DNA from: Methylotenera sp.
GTDB taxonomy: Bacteria; Pseudomonadota; Gammaproteobacteria; Burkholderiales; Methylophilaceae
DNA length: 64,000 nucleotides
Assembly (NCBI GenBank): GCA_044222005.1
Contig: JBGANY010000002.1
Coordinates: 82,426 to 146,425 of the forward strand
Direction of reading: 5' to 3'
This document shows, piece by piece, positions 38,829 through 50,655 of the stretch. Position numbers and translations under genes: made by a program. Position 1 is the first letter of the stretch, and every line of letters starts with the position of its first letter. The notes below the pieces were generated by a model. It searched no databases, was not told where the DNA came from, and saw only the letters and a program-made list of their open reading frames with translations.

Positions 38829-39794
38829 TTACCTTCTGGCACGAATGGCACGACCTGCCGCGCTTCGGAAGCTATCGTATGCTGCGCGCGGCGAAGTATT
38901 GAGCAAATATTCAGGTACTACTACATCCAATGAGGCAGGCGTGACGCCAAGTTCGGCTGCGATCGGTGCATTGCATACACTATCTACCTGCATTGAGCGC
39001 ACATTGTCGCGCGACATCAGCTTGATGGGCAGGCATTCCATCATGAACACCTGCGCATAAGAGAGCGCATCATTCAAACCAATGATAGGCCGCTGTTTGC
39101 CCAGAATTGCCATTACCTTTTGCAATAATTCCCGCAGAGAGTAAATATCCGGGCCACCCAACTCATAGCATCTGCCATAAGTAGCGGTGTTTTCAAGTGC
39201 GTTTACAAAGCACTGTGCGACATCCTCCACCCAGATCGGCTGGAACTTTGCGTCAGGTTTTGCCAAAAAAATGATGGGTAAGAACTTAATCAAACTGGCA
39301 AACAGATTTAAGAAATGATCGCCTCGGCCAAAGACCACCGAAGGTCTAAAAATGGTGATGTCTAGCTTTTTATTAAACTCATTGATGGCCGCCTCACCAG
39401 CCACCTTGCTGCGCAAATATTGGCTTGGCGCGTGGGTGCTGGCTTGCAGGGCGCTCATGTGCAAGAGCCGGTGAATACCCAGCTCTTCGCAACACTGCGC
39501 AACGCGGCGTGGTAATTGATGATGAATGAGCTCAAACGTATTCTTGCCGCTTTCATGCAGAATACCGATCAGGTTAATCACGGCATCGCTGCCTTTAAGC
39601 GCCTCTTTCAGCGCGTGATTATCTATTACATTACATTCCTGCACCTGCACATTCGGCAGTATAATCAAGTGTTTGGCCGCCTCACGACGGCGCGACAGCA
39701 CTTTAACCCTGTAACCTGCCTGGTCTAATTTGGCTACCAGGCAGCTACCTATATACCCCGCGCCGCCTAACACTGTGATTGTTTTAATTGTCAT
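38829..39794 (-). CDS. NAD(P)-binding NDUFA9-like / NmrA-like epimerase-dehydratase family protein
   Basis: N-terminal Rossmann motif VLGGAGYIGS. 321 aa. Confidence 0.8.
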   Translation of the reverse strand: MTIKTITVLGGAGYIGSCLVAKLDQAGYRVKVLSRRREAAKHLIILPNVQVQECNVIDNHALKEALKGSDAVINLIGILHESGKNTFELIHHQLPRRVAQCCEELGIHRLLHMSALQASTHAPSQYLRSKVAGEAAINEFNKKLDITIFRPSVVFGRGDHFLNLFASLIKFLPIIFLAKPDAKFQPIWVEDVAQCFVNALENTATYGRCYELGGPDIYSLRELLQKVMAILGKQRPIIGLNDALSYAQVFMMECLPIKLMSRDNVRSMQVDSVCNAPIAAELGVTPASLDVVVPEYLLNTSPRAAYDSFRSAAGRAIRARR

Positions 39795-39809
39795 TTTTTC
39801 TTATCCTGC

Positions 39810-41831
39810 TTATTCAGTTGATCCGGCCTGCCCGATTGGCTGGCTTTGCTCAGCTAACGGCTGAGATTCAAGGGCGTCCTCAGTTTGAGCATAGAACGCA
39901 CCATTGCTGCCGGGAACAACACCCAATCTCTGCTTGAGTGGCATGGTTTTCAAGCCCAGGCGTGGCGCATACAAATGCGCGTTTGCCATTACTTTCTGTA
40001 CATAACTGCGGGTTTCGCTAAACGGAATGGTCTCCGCATAAATAGCGCCCTCCAGCGGCACTGCCGCCACCCATTTTTTAGCGCGGCTAGGGCCTGCATT
40101 ATACGCGGCTGTCGCCATGGTTTCCTGCCCGTTCATTAATTCAAGCGTGTAGTGCATATAGTAAGTACCCAGCGCGATATTAGTATCCAGCTCATGGATC
40201 ATGCCCTGATGAAAGTCATCAATCCCGACGCGCCTGGCCGCCCATTTGGCGGTGGCGGGCATCAGCTGCATGAGGCCAGAAGCGCCTACCCCGGATTTGG
40301 CATAATGCATAAACCGGCTTTCCTGCCGTGTGATGCCATATACCCAAGCCTCATCAACTGCCTGCTCCTGCGCTGCCGACTTCATTAAATTGCGATAAGG
40401 GGTCGGGTATCGCAGTGCGAAATCGTGCATTTCAGTGGTTTTATCTGCCGTGATAATCGCCAGATCGTGCCAATTTCTGTCCGCGGCGAATTCGGCTGCG
40501 GCAAGCAGTTGTTTGTCGTCGAAGTCTTTAGTTGCCAGCGCCCATTCCGATTTTGCTTCCCATCTAAGGCCCAGCCTTTGCAGCGCCTCAGCACGCTGAA
40601 ACGCAGGCCTATCCGCGATTTCCTCTACCTCTGAATCTGCCACCTTGTATTCACTCAGCGGCGCCGACATAAAACCGTCCAATTCATCTTGCGCAAGCCA
40701 GCCATAGTAGTGACGCTCGGTGGAAAGTTTGGCCAGCAGGGTATTCGCCTCTAGTGTCTGATTCTGCGCTTTTAGCGCACGCGCTTTCCAGTAGCGCCAG
40801 GTGCCTTCTTCAGCTTGCTCTGGCTGCATTCTGGAAACCGCACTTAACACCACAGGCCAGTTTTTTTCACGTAACGCTGCGCGCGCATACCAGGCTAACT
40901 GCTCCTTATTCAGCGAGGCATTTTCTGCCAGCTTAAACCACTGCAGCGCCTGCGGCTCATGCCGCAATGCAGCCTGCAGCGCGAGCCTGCCATAAAAATA
41001 TGTCCGATCTTCCGCACGGAACAAATCCTCAACTTTTTTGAACGCGCTTAACGCCTGCTGCGAATCTGTTTTTGCTATTCGATTGAGCGCGAACAGATTC
41101 AGCTCACGGCCAAACCGGCTCTTAAACGAAATGAGTTTTTTACTTAGCACCAGTTGCGGTGAAGCATAAGCCTTGTCTATTAACTTATAGTAACTGGGTT
41201 CAAAAGTATTCGACCGCTTGCTGATGGCTTTAGCAAGGTTAATGCGACTATCAGCGAGTGCCAAGCGGAAGCGCGCCCAGATATCTTCCTCTGTCAGCAC
41301 GCCTGCTACCTGCATGCGGTCATATAGATCAGCACAGTTACCGGGCTGCTCTTTTGCCTGCATCCACAGCGGCTTTGCGGCTTCCAGCGTAGAAATGTCG
41401 CCCGCAACCGAGTTTGCCTCCGCTGCATAGCAGGCAACGGCCACATCCTCCAGCTGATAATTCACGACCTCGTTTGAAAAACTCAGCCAGTCCAGATTCT
41501 TGGCCAGTTTTTTTAGATATTCACCACGCAATCGATCCGCAAAAGGAAACTCACTGTACTTGTTCAGGAAGTTCTCTACCGTCTGATTATCTGCATCTTT
41601 CAGATTAAGCAGCATCAGCCAATAGTCAGCATAAGGCGCCAGAATATAATTCTGGCTTTGTAATTGTTCAACGTAATCGGATAAAGCAATGACATTTTTT
41701 TTATCGTAAGCGGCACGCGCCTGTAAAAACTCGTCATCACCGGAAGCTGCAAAACCGCTCTTTATTGCAAAAAACACAATAAAAATGCCAGAGAAAACAA
41801 ACTGTTTGATGAATGTAGTGGCCATACCCAT
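39810..41831 (-). CDS. slt: Soluble lytic murein transglycosylase (Slt70-like)
   Basis: Superhelical N-terminal region plus a C-terminal SLT domain (ITRQESRF ... GLMQLMP ... AYNAGP). I prefer a start at 41831/41825 (MGMATTF..., signal peptide). Confidence 0.88.
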   Translation of the reverse strand: MGMATTFIKQFVFSGIFIVFFAIKSGFAASGDDEFLQARAAYDKKNVIALSDYVEQLQSQNYILAPYADYWLMLLNLKDADNQTVENFLNKYSEFPFADRLRGEYLKKLAKNLDWLSFSNEVVNYQLEDVAVACYAAEANSVAGDISTLEAAKPLWMQAKEQPGNCADLYDRMQVAGVLTEEDIWARFRLALADSRINLAKAISKRSNTFEPSYYKLIDKAYASPQLVLSKKLISFKSRFGRELNLFALNRIAKTDSQQALSAFKKVEDLFRAEDRTYFYGRLALQAALRHEPQALQWFKLAENASLNKEQLAWYARAALREKNWPVVLSAVSRMQPEQAEEGTWRYWKARALKAQNQTLEANTLLAKLSTERHYYGWLAQDELDGFMSAPLSEYKVADSEVEEIADRPAFQRAEALQRLGLRWEAKSEWALATKDFDDKQLLAAAEFAADRNWHDLAIITADKTTEMHDFALRYPTPYRNLMKSAAQEQAVDEAWVYGITRQESRFMHYAKSGVGASGLMQLMPATAKWAARRVGIDDFHQGMIHELDTNIALGTYYMHYTLELMNGQETMATAAYNAGPSRAKKWVAAVPLEGAIYAETIPFSETRSYVQKVMANAHLYAPRLGLKTMPLKQRLGVVPGSNGAFYAQTEDALESQPLAEQSQPIGQAGSTE

Positions 41832-41835
41832 ACCG

Positions 41836-42018
41836 TTATAAACGAATGACCCGCGCAATTAAATAAAGCACAACGACCACGAGCAAACCCCAGCTCGTGT
41901 ATTTAAGTAATTGTTTAATATAAGCCAAATACTTTCGATTGCGCGTAACCACAAAAGTTGCCAGTAACACCAAACTTGCGATAAACACCAATATGATCGT
42001 TAAGCGGATGATTGGCAT
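41836..42018 (-). CDS. Small two-TM membrane protein (hypothetical)
   Basis: 60 aa with two clear hydrophobic helices separated by RNRKYLAYIKQLLKYT. The stop lies 4 nt before the slt start. No family recognised. Confidence 0.4.
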   Translation of the reverse strand: MPIIRLTIILVFIASLVLLATFVVTRNRKYLAYIKQLLKYTSWGLLVVVVLYLIARVIRL

Positions 42019-42035
42019 TTCGGATGACCGATAAC

Positions 42036-42974
42036 TTAACTAAAATGCGGCATGAGATCGGGCGTAAAAAACGCGGTTTGCTCCTGAAAACCGACCGGCG
42101 CCTCTTCAATGCGTTCAAATGTCGCATATTCCCAGGCTGACGCATCAGCCAACAGCGCGCGGAGCAGTGCATTATTTAGCGCATGGCCTGATTTATATGC
42201 AGTAAAAGCGCCAAGCAGAGGATGGCCCAGCATATACAAATCGCCAATCGCATCCAGCACTTTGTGTTTGGCAAACTCATCCTGATAACGTAACCCATCG
42301 CTGTTCAACACACGGTACTCGTCCAGCACAATCGCGTTATCCAGACTGCCGCCACGCGCCAAGCCATTGGCGCGCAGGTATTCTACTTCGTGCATGAAGC
42401 CGAATGTACGCGCACGGCTGATTTCCTTCACGTAAGAGTTATCGGCAAAATCAATTTTAACGTTATTGCCGGAGTGCTCGAAAACGGGATGCGCAAAATC
42501 AATGGTGAAATCCATTTTAAAGCCGTGGTAAGGCTCAAACCTCACCCACTTATCGCCTTCTTTTACTTCGATTAACTTTTTGATTTTTATAAACTTTTTG
42601 GCAGAATTCTGCTCAACGATGCCAGCCGATTGCAACAGGAAGATAAACGGCCCAGAACTGCCGTCCATGATGGGAATTTCCGACGCCGTGACTTCGATAA
42701 TAATATTATCAACGCCTAGGCCGGCCAGTGCGGACATCAGGTGCTCAACAGTGGCGACACGCACACCATCGTGTTCTAGGGCAGAACACATGCGCGTGTC
42801 ACGCACCGCCTCAGGCTGTGCTTGTATTTCGGGTGCGCCGGGCAAATCGGTGCGCCTGAATACGATGCCAGTATCAATCGCAGCCGGCTTTAAAGTCAAC
42901 GTGACCTTCTCGCCGTTATGCAAACCAACACCGGTAGCACTCACCTGCTTTTTCAAAGTTCTTTGTTTTAACAT
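42036..42974 (-). CDS. lpxC: UDP-3-O-acyl-N-acetylglucosamine deacetylase
   Basis: MLKQRTLKK ... GVGLHNG ... HELNN-like HALNN motif. Follows ftsZ, as is typical. Confidence 0.97.
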   Translation of the reverse strand: MLKQRTLKKQVSATGVGLHNGEKVTLTLKPAAIDTGIVFRRTDLPGAPEIQAQPEAVRDTRMCSALEHDGVRVATVEHLMSALAGLGVDNIIIEVTASEIPIMDGSSGPFIFLLQSAGIVEQNSAKKFIKIKKLIEVKEGDKWVRFEPYHGFKMDFTIDFAHPVFEHSGNNVKIDFADNSYVKEISRARTFGFMHEVEYLRANGLARGGSLDNAIVLDEYRVLNSDGLRYQDEFAKHKVLDAIGDLYMLGHPLLGAFTAYKSGHALNNALLRALLADASAWEYATFERIEEAPVGFQEQTAFFTPDLMPHFS

Positions 42975-43054
42975 GTTATAGGTCTAGCACCTGATTCCTT
43001 ATTGCGGTTCAACCAATATCTATCCTGTTGATATTTTAGCAAATTACCCGCAAG

Positions 43055-44221
43055 TTAATCTGCTTGTTTGCGCAAAAACGCAGGAATGTCATATTCCTCC
43101 ACTCCTGACATTTTCATCGCCTCAACCTGTGCACGACGGTTGTTCTGACTAAACACGGCAGGTGCCTCGTCCTCCACTTCACCGCCCACAAACATGGGTT
43201 GATTAGTTGTTCCATTCATGACCGTGGTCATCACGCGTAGTTCCGGTTTCTGCTGGCGGCGTGCAATCGCACCATTCAAGCCGGTCGCTACCATGGTCAC
43301 ACGCAATTTGTCACCCATGGTCTCGTCCATCACATTACCTACAATCACGGTCGCATCATCGGCAGTGAACTCTTTAATGGTGTTCATCACATCATAATAC
43401 TCTTTCATTTTAAAGCTGGCGCTTGCGGTAATGTTAATCAAAACACCGCGTGCGTTAGCCAAGTTGACGTCTTCCAGCAACGGGCTGGCTACTGCCTGCT
43501 CAGCCGCGATACGCGCACGTTCTGGGCCGCTCGCCTCAGCAGAACCCATCATTGCCATGCCCATTTCACTCATCACCGTGCGTACATCGGCAAAGTCCAC
43601 GTTCACTAAGCCCGGGCAATTAATGATCTCTGCAATACCTGAGACAGCATTATGCAGCACGTCGTTCGCGGCGCGGAAAGCTTCCAGAAACGGTACATCT
43701 TCTCCGAGCACTTCCATGAGCTTTTCATTCGGAATCACAATCAAGGAATCCACGTGCTGTGAAAGCTCTTCCAGGCCCTCTGTCGCCACTTTGGTACGCT
43801 TGCCTTCAAACGCGAACGGCTTGGTAACCACCGCTACCGTTAAAATGCCCATTTCCTTAGCCACTTCGGCAATGATAGGTGCAGCGCCCGTACCCGTGCC
43901 GCCGCCCATGCCTGCAGTGATAAACAGCATATCGGCGCCATCGATGATTTCAGCGATACGATCACGGTCTTCCAGCGCGGCATCGCGGCCAATTTCAGGT
44001 TTCGCGCCAGCGCCCAAGCCTTTGGTAATCTCTGAACCGATTTGCAATACCGTTTTTGCCTGGCTCTTTTTAAGCGCCTGCATATCGGTATTGGTGCATA
44101 TGAACTCGACGCCGCTCAGGTTCTTGGTAATCATGTGCTCGATTGCGTTACCACCGCAGCCGCCCACGCCGATGACCTTAATCACGGCTTCTTGTGAATC
44201 TTTTTCCATAATTTCAAACAT
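43055..44221 (-). CDS. ftsZ: Cell division GTPase FtsZ
   Basis: GGGTGTGAAP tubulin signature and a C-terminal DIPAFLRKQAD peptide. Confidence 0.98.
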   Translation of the reverse strand: MFEIMEKDSQEAVIKVIGVGGCGGNAIEHMITKNLSGVEFICTNTDMQALKKSQAKTVLQIGSEITKGLGAGAKPEIGRDAALEDRDRIAEIIDGADMLFITAGMGGGTGTGAAPIIAEVAKEMGILTVAVVTKPFAFEGKRTKVATEGLEELSQHVDSLIVIPNEKLMEVLGEDVPFLEAFRAANDVLHNAVSGIAEIINCPGLVNVDFADVRTVMSEMGMAMMGSAEASGPERARIAAEQAVASPLLEDVNLANARGVLINITASASFKMKEYYDVMNTIKEFTADDATVIVGNVMDETMGDKLRVTMVATGLNGAIARRQQKPELRVMTTVMNGTTNQPMFVGGEVEDEAPAVFSQNNRRAQVEAMKMSGVEEYDIPAFLRKQAD

Positions 44222-44331
44222 CTTTACTCTCCTTTTTTGCCTTAATTTTTGAGCTTAATTGCATCAGCTCTGCCCTGTTTTTGAAACTAAATGCCTACTG
44301 CTTTGCTACACCCTTTACTGCTAAAAATTCT

Positions 44332-45570
44332 TTAAAAATTCCCCTGGAACCAGCTTTTCATTTTCTCGAACATGCGCCCAATCGCACTGGACTCCATCTG
44401 CCCGCTCAAATGACGTTCCAACTGCTGCTTACCCATTAAAATCAGGCCCACCGCCGTGGCGTACCGTGGATTACCGACTACTTCAGACAAGCCGCCGACA
44501 TAGCGTGGCATGCCCATGCGTACCGGCATATGGAAAATCTCTTCACCCAGCTCCATCATGCCGCGCATCATCGCCGAGCCGCCTGTGATCACGATGCCGG
44601 AAGCGATCATTTCTTCCATCCCGCTGCGGCGCAGCTCTTGCAGCACCAGCTCATACAGCTCCACTACGCGCGGCTCAATCACTTCTGCCAGCGTCTGTAT
44701 CGAAAGCTGGCGCGCCTCGCGGCCATCCACGCCGGGTACTTCCACCACTTCACGCGCATCTGCAAGCTGTCTAAGCGCGCAACCATATTTAATTTTGATA
44801 TCTTCGGCCGACTGCGTAGGTGTGCGGAAGGCTACCGCGACATCATTGGTAATTTGGTCGCCTGCGATAGGAATTACCGCGGTATGGCGAATCGCGCCGT
44901 TCTTGAAAACGGCGATGTCTGTGGTGCCGCCGCCGATATCCACCAGGCACACGCCTAGCTCTTTTTCATCTTCGGTCAGCACCGCAATGCTTGAAGCAAG
45001 CGGCTGCAAGATCAGATCGCTCACTTCCAGACCGCAGCGCTTGATACACTTCACAATGTTCTGCGCAGCCGCAACTGCGCCAGTCACGATATGCACTTTC
45101 ACCTCCAGTTTCATCCCGCTCATGCCCAGTGGTTCGCGCACATCGTCCTGCCCGTCGATAATGAATTCCTGCGTCAGAATATGCAGAATCTGCTGATCTG
45201 CCGGCAAGGCCACCGCCCTTGCGGTTTCAACCACGCGGTCCACATCCATTTGCGAGACTTCAGCGTCTTTAATTTTCACCATGCCGTGTGAATTCAGGCT
45301 TTTGACGTGGCTACCGGCGATGCCGGTGAATACTGTTTTAATTTTGCAATCAGCCATCAGTTCAGCTTCTTCCAGCGAGCGCTGAATCGCCTGCATGGTC
45401 GAGTCGATATTGATCACCACCCCTTTTTTCAAGCCGCGCGAGGCGTGCTGGCCTAGGCCGATCACCTTCAAAGTGCCTTCCGGCAGCAGCTCGGCCACAA
45501 TGGTCACAATTTTAGATGTGCCGATATCCAACCCGACGATCAGGTTTTTATCTTCACGAACTTTGCTCAT
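44332..45570 (-). CDS. ftsA: Cell division protein FtsA
   Basis: Actin-like ATPase motifs (VGLDIGTSK, DIGGGTTD). 412 aa. Confidence 0.97.
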   Translation of the reverse strand: MSKVREDKNLIVGLDIGTSKIVTIVAELLPEGTLKVIGLGQHASRGLKKGVVINIDSTMQAIQRSLEEAELMADCKIKTVFTGIAGSHVKSLNSHGMVKIKDAEVSQMDVDRVVETARAVALPADQQILHILTQEFIIDGQDDVREPLGMSGMKLEVKVHIVTGAVAAAQNIVKCIKRCGLEVSDLILQPLASSIAVLTEDEKELGVCLVDIGGGTTDIAVFKNGAIRHTAVIPIAGDQITNDVAVAFRTPTQSAEDIKIKYGCALRQLADAREVVEVPGVDGREARQLSIQTLAEVIEPRVVELYELVLQELRRSGMEEMIASGIVITGGSAMMRGMMELGEEIFHMPVRMGMPRYVGGLSEVVGNPRYATAVGLILMGKQQLERHLSGQMESSAIGRMFEKMKSWFQGNF

Positions 45571-45597
45571 GTCTTACTCCCTTTTTCATTCTTTAAG

Positions 45598-46356
45598 TCA
45601 TGCCTTGACAGGCACCGCTGGTACTGCTTTTACTGGTAATGGCTTAGCTGCAGGTTTCAATCCAATCGGCTTGCGCACCGCAAATCCATTCGGATAGCGC
45701 AAATCTGCATAAACCACTTTTACATTCAGCTGGCCGAGCGTGGTTTTATATGCGCCTGCAAATTTATTTAATCTAGCCTCCATGTCCTCACGCCCCAGTG
45801 CGATTAACAGCCCTTTGTCCGTTTTAATCTCCCAGGCACGGCGCGGCGATAATGTCACCTGTGCGATTCTGATATCCGCCTTATTCAGAATCTGGCTATA
45901 GTTGCCATAGCTTTTAGTGACTTCCATCACGCCATCGCCCGGACCGTAAAACACCGGCAAATCTGCATCGGTGGCCGCCTGGAACAGTTCACCATGCGTA
46001 TTGACCAGCCCGATATTGCCCCAGCGCGCCAATGCCTGATGCTCCTCAATCGCGACATCCAGCTTATCCGGCCAGCGGCGGCGCACGCTGACATTGCGCG
46101 CCCACGGCAGTTTTTCAAACGCATCGCGTGTCTTGATTAAATCCAATGTAAAAAAATTACCCTTCAGATGTTTGGCTACAATCAGCTTGATTTGCTCGCG
46201 ATTCACATGCGTTAGCTGCCCATCCACTTTCACTTCACGGATCGGGAAAATAGGCAGATGCACCACCACAAACAGCACTGCATACAGCATCAGCACAACG
46301 GCCAGTGCAAACAGAAAATTTGCAATCCAGTTGAGCAGTCTTGGCTTATCCCACAT
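45598..46356 (-). CDS. ftsQ: Cell division protein FtsQ
   Basis: Single TM segment plus POTRA-like sequence, positioned between ddl and ftsA. Confidence 0.9.
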   Translation of the reverse strand: MWDKPRLLNWIANFLFALAVVLMLYAVLFVVVHLPIFPIREVKVDGQLTHVNREQIKLIVAKHLKGNFFTLDLIKTRDAFEKLPWARNVSVRRRWPDKLDVAIEEHQALARWGNIGLVNTHGELFQAATDADLPVFYGPGDGVMEVTKSYGNYSQILNKADIRIAQVTLSPRRAWEIKTDKGLLIALGREDMEARLNKFAGAYKTTLGQLNVKVVYADLRYPNGFAVRKPIGLKPAAKPLPVKAVPAVPVKA

Positions 46357-47290
46357 GGCTTTCTTCCAGCGTCATGCGCAAAATTTTTACCACCAGTTCA
46401 TCAAAACTCATGCCAGCCGCTTTGGCTGCCATCGGCACCAGGCTGTGGTCGGTCATGCCTGGGCTGGTGTTTAGCTCTAAAAAATAGTGATTGCCTGCCT
46501 CGTCCATTAAAAAATCCACACGTCCCCAACCGCGGCAGCCCACGGCGCGAAAAGCTTGTAGCGCCTCTTGCTGGATTTGGGCTTCTTTCTCTGCACTCAG
46601 GCCGCATGGGCACAGGTATTCGGTGTCATCACGTAAATACTTGGCCTCATAATCGTAAAACTCATTTTTCGGCACGATGCGCACGATAGGCAATGGCATG
46701 AGTCCTAGCTTGGAGTCTTCCAGAATGCCCACGGTGTATTCGCCGCCACCCACAAATTTCTCTGCAATCACCAAAGGATCCGCCTTGGAAGCCAATAGAT
46801 ATGCGGCTTGCAGAGCACCTTTTTGTTTTACTTTGGTAATGCCGATGCTAGAGCCTTCATTGGCTGGTTTCACAAACAGCGGCAAACCTAATTTCTGCTC
46901 AATCGCGCCAAAATCGCTTTGTGCATCGACCAATTCAAAGTCTGGTGTTTTTATATTCAGTACGCGCCACAATAGTTTTGTGCGCCATTTATCCATGCCC
47001 AGGCTGGAAGCCATCACGCCACTGCCGGTATACGGGATGCCCATCAGTTCCAGCGCGCCTTGTATCGTGCCATCCTCGCCATAGCGGCCGTGCAGCGAGA
47101 TGAATGCGCGGTCAAACCCTTCCAGTTCATGCAGAGGACGTTCAGCCGGATCGAACGCAAGCGCATCAACTCCCTGACGCAGCAAAGCCGCCAATACTGC
47201 AGCGCCGCTTTTAAGCGACACTTCACGCTCGTCTGATTTGCCGCCGAACAGTACAGCTACTTTTCCAAATTTATTTATTTCTTTATGCAT
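46346..47290 (-). CDS. ddl: D-alanine--D-alanine ligase
   Basis: [19 protein letters not shown] and ELNTSPGMT motifs. Confidence 0.95.
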   Translation of the reverse strand: MHKEINKFGKVAVLFGGKSDEREVSLKSGAAVLAALLRQGVDALAFDPAERPLHELEGFDRAFISLHGRYGEDGTIQGALELMGIPYTGSGVMASSLGMDKWRTKLLWRVLNIKTPDFELVDAQSDFGAIEQKLGLPLFVKPANEGSSIGITKVKQKGALQAAYLLASKADPLVIAEKFVGGGEYTVGILEDSKLGLMPLPIVRIVPKNEFYDYEAKYLRDDTEYLCPCGLSAEKEAQIQQEALQAFRAVGCRGWGRVDFLMDEAGNHYFLELNTSPGMTDHSLVPMAAKAAGMSFDELVVKILRMTLEESHVG

Positions 47291-48173
47291 ATTCGCCTAT
47301 CACCCTTACCTCTTGCTGCAACGCCACGCCTTGCCTCTCTAATACCGTGTCTTTCATATGCCGAATCAGCAGTTCAATATCCAATGCGGTCGCATTACCC
47401 AGATTCACAATAAAGTTGGCATGTTTAGGCGACACCTGCGCACCGCCAATCTGGTAGCCTTTCAAGCCGCTGGCTTCGATTAACCTTGCTGCAAAATCGC
47501 CATGCGGATTTCTGAAGGTAGAGCCCGCGCTTGGCAAATTAAGCGGCTGGCTAGCCAACCGGGTTGCTAACAAGTTTTTAATTTTCTGCAAAGATTCATC
47601 TGCATTTCCGGGCTCCAGCTTGAACCAGGCACCCAAAAACCACTCGTCAGGCACCGGCATTTCCACATGGCGGTAACTCGAAATGAACTCTGAGGCATTA
47701 CGCACATGCGTGTTTCCATGCCGATCGATGGTCAGTACCTGGTGTACGATGTTCCAGGTTTCCCAGCCATAACAGCCCGCATTCATGGCCAATGCGCCGC
47801 CCACCGTGCCAGGGATGCCAGCCATAAACTCTGCACCTTGTCTGAACTGGCCTGCACAGAATCTGGCCAGCTTGCCACACGTCACCCCTGCTTCGGCATA
47901 GATGTATTTCCCATCCACTCTCAACTCACTCAGCGCCTGGTGCATCACGATCACCGTGCCACGCACACCGCCGTCGCGCACCAGCAGGTTACTGCCCAGG
48001 CCAATAAAATAAACAGGTTCAGCCTGGTCCAGCGTTTGCATGAAGGCCTGCAATTCCTTCAGGTTTTCCGCTATGAACAAGCGATCGGCACTACCTCCCA
48101 CACGCCAGCTGGTATAGCGGGCAAGCGGCTCGTTCTTAAGCAACTGTGACTGTGTTTCCGGTTGTGCCATCAA
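47283..48173 (-). CDS. murB: UDP-N-acetylenolpyruvoylglucosamine reductase
   Basis: FAD-binding GLGSNLL motif and a C-terminal MurB domain. Confidence 0.95.
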   Translation of the reverse strand: MMAQPETQSQLLKNEPLARYTSWRVGGSADRLFIAENLKELQAFMQTLDQAEPVYFIGLGSNLLVRDGGVRGTVIVMHQALSELRVDGKYIYAEAGVTCGKLARFCAGQFRQGAEFMAGIPGTVGGALAMNAGCYGWETWNIVHQVLTIDRHGNTHVRNASEFISSYRHVEMPVPDEWFLGAWFKLEPGNADESLQKIKNLLATRLASQPLNLPSAGSTFRNPHGDFAARLIEASGLKGYQIGGAQVSPKHANFIVNLGNATALDIELLIRHMKDTVLERQGVALQQEVRVIGEYA

Positions 48174-49564
48174 TCTGCCAACTCCCTGGTTTTAGCGGCC
48201 ACGTGCCCGATGGAGCCGGCGCCCATCACCACCACCACATCGCCGGCTCGCGCTGTATTCAGAATAGCTTCCGGTAGCGCATCAGTGGTTTCCACAAATA
48301 GCGGCTCTACCCTGCCTGCCACGCGAATCGCGCGAATCAGGGCACGTGTATCTGCCGCGACAATCGGCGCTTCGCCTGCGGGATACACTTCGGTCAACAA
48401 CACCGCATCGGCAGTAGAAAGCACATGCACAAAATCTTCGAAGCAATCGCGCGTTCTGGTAAAACGATGTGGCTGGAACGCCATGACTAATCTGCGGTCA
48501 GGAAACGCGCCGCGCGCCGCAGCAATCACCGCCTGCATCTCAACCGGATGATGTCCGTAGTCATCAATCAAGGTAAACGTACCACCCGTTCTCGCTGTGA
48601 CTTCACCATAACGCTCAAAGCGGCGACCCACGCCTTTAAAGTCCGCGAGTGCCTTGATGATGAATTTATCCTCAATATTCAATTCGCTGGCAATGGCAAT
48701 CGCGGCTAAAGCATTCAACACATAGTGGTTGCCTGGCAGGTTCAAAGTCACGTCAAATGTCGTGGTCACGCCGTTAATACGGTCAACCGTAAAGTGCATT
48801 TTGCCGTGGTCCGCCCGCACATTTCTGGCACGAATACGCGCATCCTCAGAAAAGCCATAAGTCATCACAGGCTTGGTCACGCGCGGCAAAATCTCGCGGA
48901 TATTGGCGTCATCCACACACACCACTGCCATGCCCCAGAATGGCAGTTGCTGCAGAAACTCCACAAACGCACTTTTGAGCTTGTCAAAGCTGTGCTCGTA
49001 GGTATCCATATGATCCTGGTCAATATTGGTCACCACCGCCATCACCGGTGTCAAATGCAGGAACGAAGCATCTGATTCATCTGCCTCGGCGACAATATAT
49101 TCACCGCTGCCAAGCCGCGCATTGGCGCTTGCAGCTTCGAGCCTTCCGCCAATCACAAAGGTGGGGTCCATGCCCGCTTCCGCCAAGATACTAGCAATCA
49201 GGCTGGTCGTAGTCGTTTTGCCGTGCGTTCCCGCTACTGCAATGCCTTGTTTAAAGCGCATAAGCTCGGCCAGCATGAGCGCACGCGGTACAACGGGAAT
49301 ACTCTTGGCACGCGCGGCGATAATTTCAGGATTCTTCTCATTCACTGCAGAAGACACCACCACTACATCCGCCACGTTCAAGTTTTCTGTTGCGTGACCC
49401 TGATAAATTTTGGCACCAAAACCCGCCAGGCGTTGTGTAGTGGCATTGCTGGCCAAGTCGGAACCCGAAACCTCAAAGCCCAAATTAATCAGCACCTCGG
49501 CAATACCGCTCATGCCGGCGCCGCCAATGCCCACAAAATGCACGTTCTTTACTTTATGTTTCAT
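48170..49564 (-). CDS. murC: UDP-N-acetylmuramate--L-alanine ligase
   Basis: [18 protein letters not shown] and GTHGKTTTT motifs. I prefer the ATG at 49564 (MKHKV), which forms an ATGA overlap with the murG stop. The ORF-track start at 49651 would overlap murG by 90 nt. Confidence 0.95.
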   Translation of the reverse strand: MKHKVKNVHFVGIGGAGMSGIAEVLINLGFEVSGSDLASNATTQRLAGFGAKIYQGHATENLNVADVVVVSSAVNEKNPEIIAARAKSIPVVPRALMLAELMRFKQGIAVAGTHGKTTTTSLIASILAEAGMDPTFVIGGRLEAASANARLGSGEYIVAEADESDASFLHLTPVMAVVTNIDQDHMDTYEHSFDKLKSAFVEFLQQLPFWGMAVVCVDDANIREILPRVTKPVMTYGFSEDARIRARNVRADHGKMHFTVDRINGVTTTFDVTLNLPGNHYVLNALAAIAIASELNIEDKFIIKALADFKGVGRRFERYGEVTARTGGTFTLIDDYGHHPVEMQAVIAAARGAFPDRRLVMAFQPHRFTRTRDCFEDFVHVLSTADAVLLTEVYPAGEAPIVAADTRALIRAIRVAGRVEPLFVETTDALPEAILNTARAGDVVVVMGAGSIGHVAAKTRELAD

Positions 49565-50655
49565 GCGGCCACCTCCATGCATATTTTTGCAACCGTCTGC
49601 GTGGCTTCTGGTTTGGCTAGCGCTTTGGCCTTGATAGCCATCGCCAGACAAGCCTCACGGGATAAACTGTGCAAAATTTCTGTCGCTTTCTGTACATTAA
49701 ATTCCGTTTGCTGAATCAACTTGGCTGCGCCCGCATCACTCAGATATTTCGCGTTATAGGTTTGATGGTCATCCACCGCGTAAGGGAAAGGCACCAGCAC
49801 GCTCGCCACACCCACGCAGGCCAGTTCAGCGACCGTGAGCGCGCCAGCGCGGCAAATCACCACGTCTGCCCAAGCGTACATTTCGTCCATGTTGTTAATA
49901 AAAGCTTTGGTGTCTGCCTGCACGCCAGCCGCCTGATAATTGGCCTGCAGGGTAGCGATATGTTTTTCACCCGCTTGGTGCACCACATCTGGCCGAATAT
50001 TTTCAGGTAATTCGGCCAGCGCTTTTGGCAGCACTTCATTCAATGCCGCTGCGCCTAAGCTACCACCAACTACTAACAACCTGAGCTTGCCAGTGTGTGT
50101 GGCATACCGCAGCTCCGGCGCTGCTAACTGCGTGATGTCGTGGCGCACCGGATTGCCAACCAACTCTGCCTTGTTACCGAATGCAGATGGAAACGCTGCC
50201 AGCACTTTATTGGCGATTAAACTTAAAGTTTTATTGGTTAACCCTGCAATAGAGTTTTGCTCATGGATCACCAATGGCTTGCCTTGCAATTTCGCCATCA
50301 ACCCACCCGGAAAAGCTGCAAAGCCGCCCATTCCCAGCACTACGTTGGGCTTATATTTGCGAATAGCAGCAAAACTTTGTTTAAATGCGATGGCCAATTT
50401 AACCGGCAACAACACCCAGCCCAGCAAGCCTTTGCCGCGTACGCCGCGCATCGTTATCATGGCCTTGCTGTAACTTTTGCCTTCAATCAGCCGGTTCTCC
50501 ATGCCGCCTTCTGTGGCCAGCCAGACGACATTCCAGCCATGCTCTTTCATATAATCTGCCACTGCCATGGCAGGATAGACATGGCCGCCTGTGCCGCCTG
50601 CCATCACCATCAGCGTGCCTGAGCCGTATTGCGTGATTGGAGAAGCAAACATCAT
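49561..50655 (-). CDS. murG: Undecaprenyldiphospho-muramoylpentapeptide beta-N-acetylglucosaminyltransferase
   Basis: [10 protein letters not shown] motif and position in the dcw cluster. Confidence 0.95.
   Translation of the reverse strand: MMFASPITQYGSGTLMVMAGGTGGHVYPAMAVADYMKEHGWNVVWLATEGGMENRLIEGKSYSKAMITMRGVRGKGLLGWVLLPVKLAIAFKQSFAAIRKYKPNVVLGMGGFAAFPGGLMAKLQGKPLVIHEQNSIAGLTNKTLSLIANKVLAAFPSAFGNKAELVGNPVRHDITQLAAPELRYATHTGKLRLLVVGGSLGAAALNEVLPKALAELPENIRPDVVHQAGEKHIATLQANYQAAGVQADTKAFINNMDEMYAWADVVICRAGALTVAELACVGVASVLVPFPYAVDDHQTYNAKYLSDAGAAKLIQQTEFNVQKATEILHSLSREACLAMAIKAKALAKPEATQTVAKICMEVAA

Noticed and set aside
43431-45196. Long plus-strand ORFs (273 aa and 228 aa) opposite ftsZ and ftsA.
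   Set aside because: These are typical antisense shadow ORFs of highly conserved genes. Their translations are Ser/Pro/Ala-rich with no motifs, whereas the minus-strand products are unmistakable FtsZ and FtsA.
49565-49651. The ORF-track murC start would add a 29-aa N-terminal extension overlapping murG by 90 nt.
   Set aside because: The extension ([20 protein letters not shown]...) has no MurC similarity. The ATG at 49564 gives the canonical [20 protein letters not shown] start and an ATGA junction with murG.
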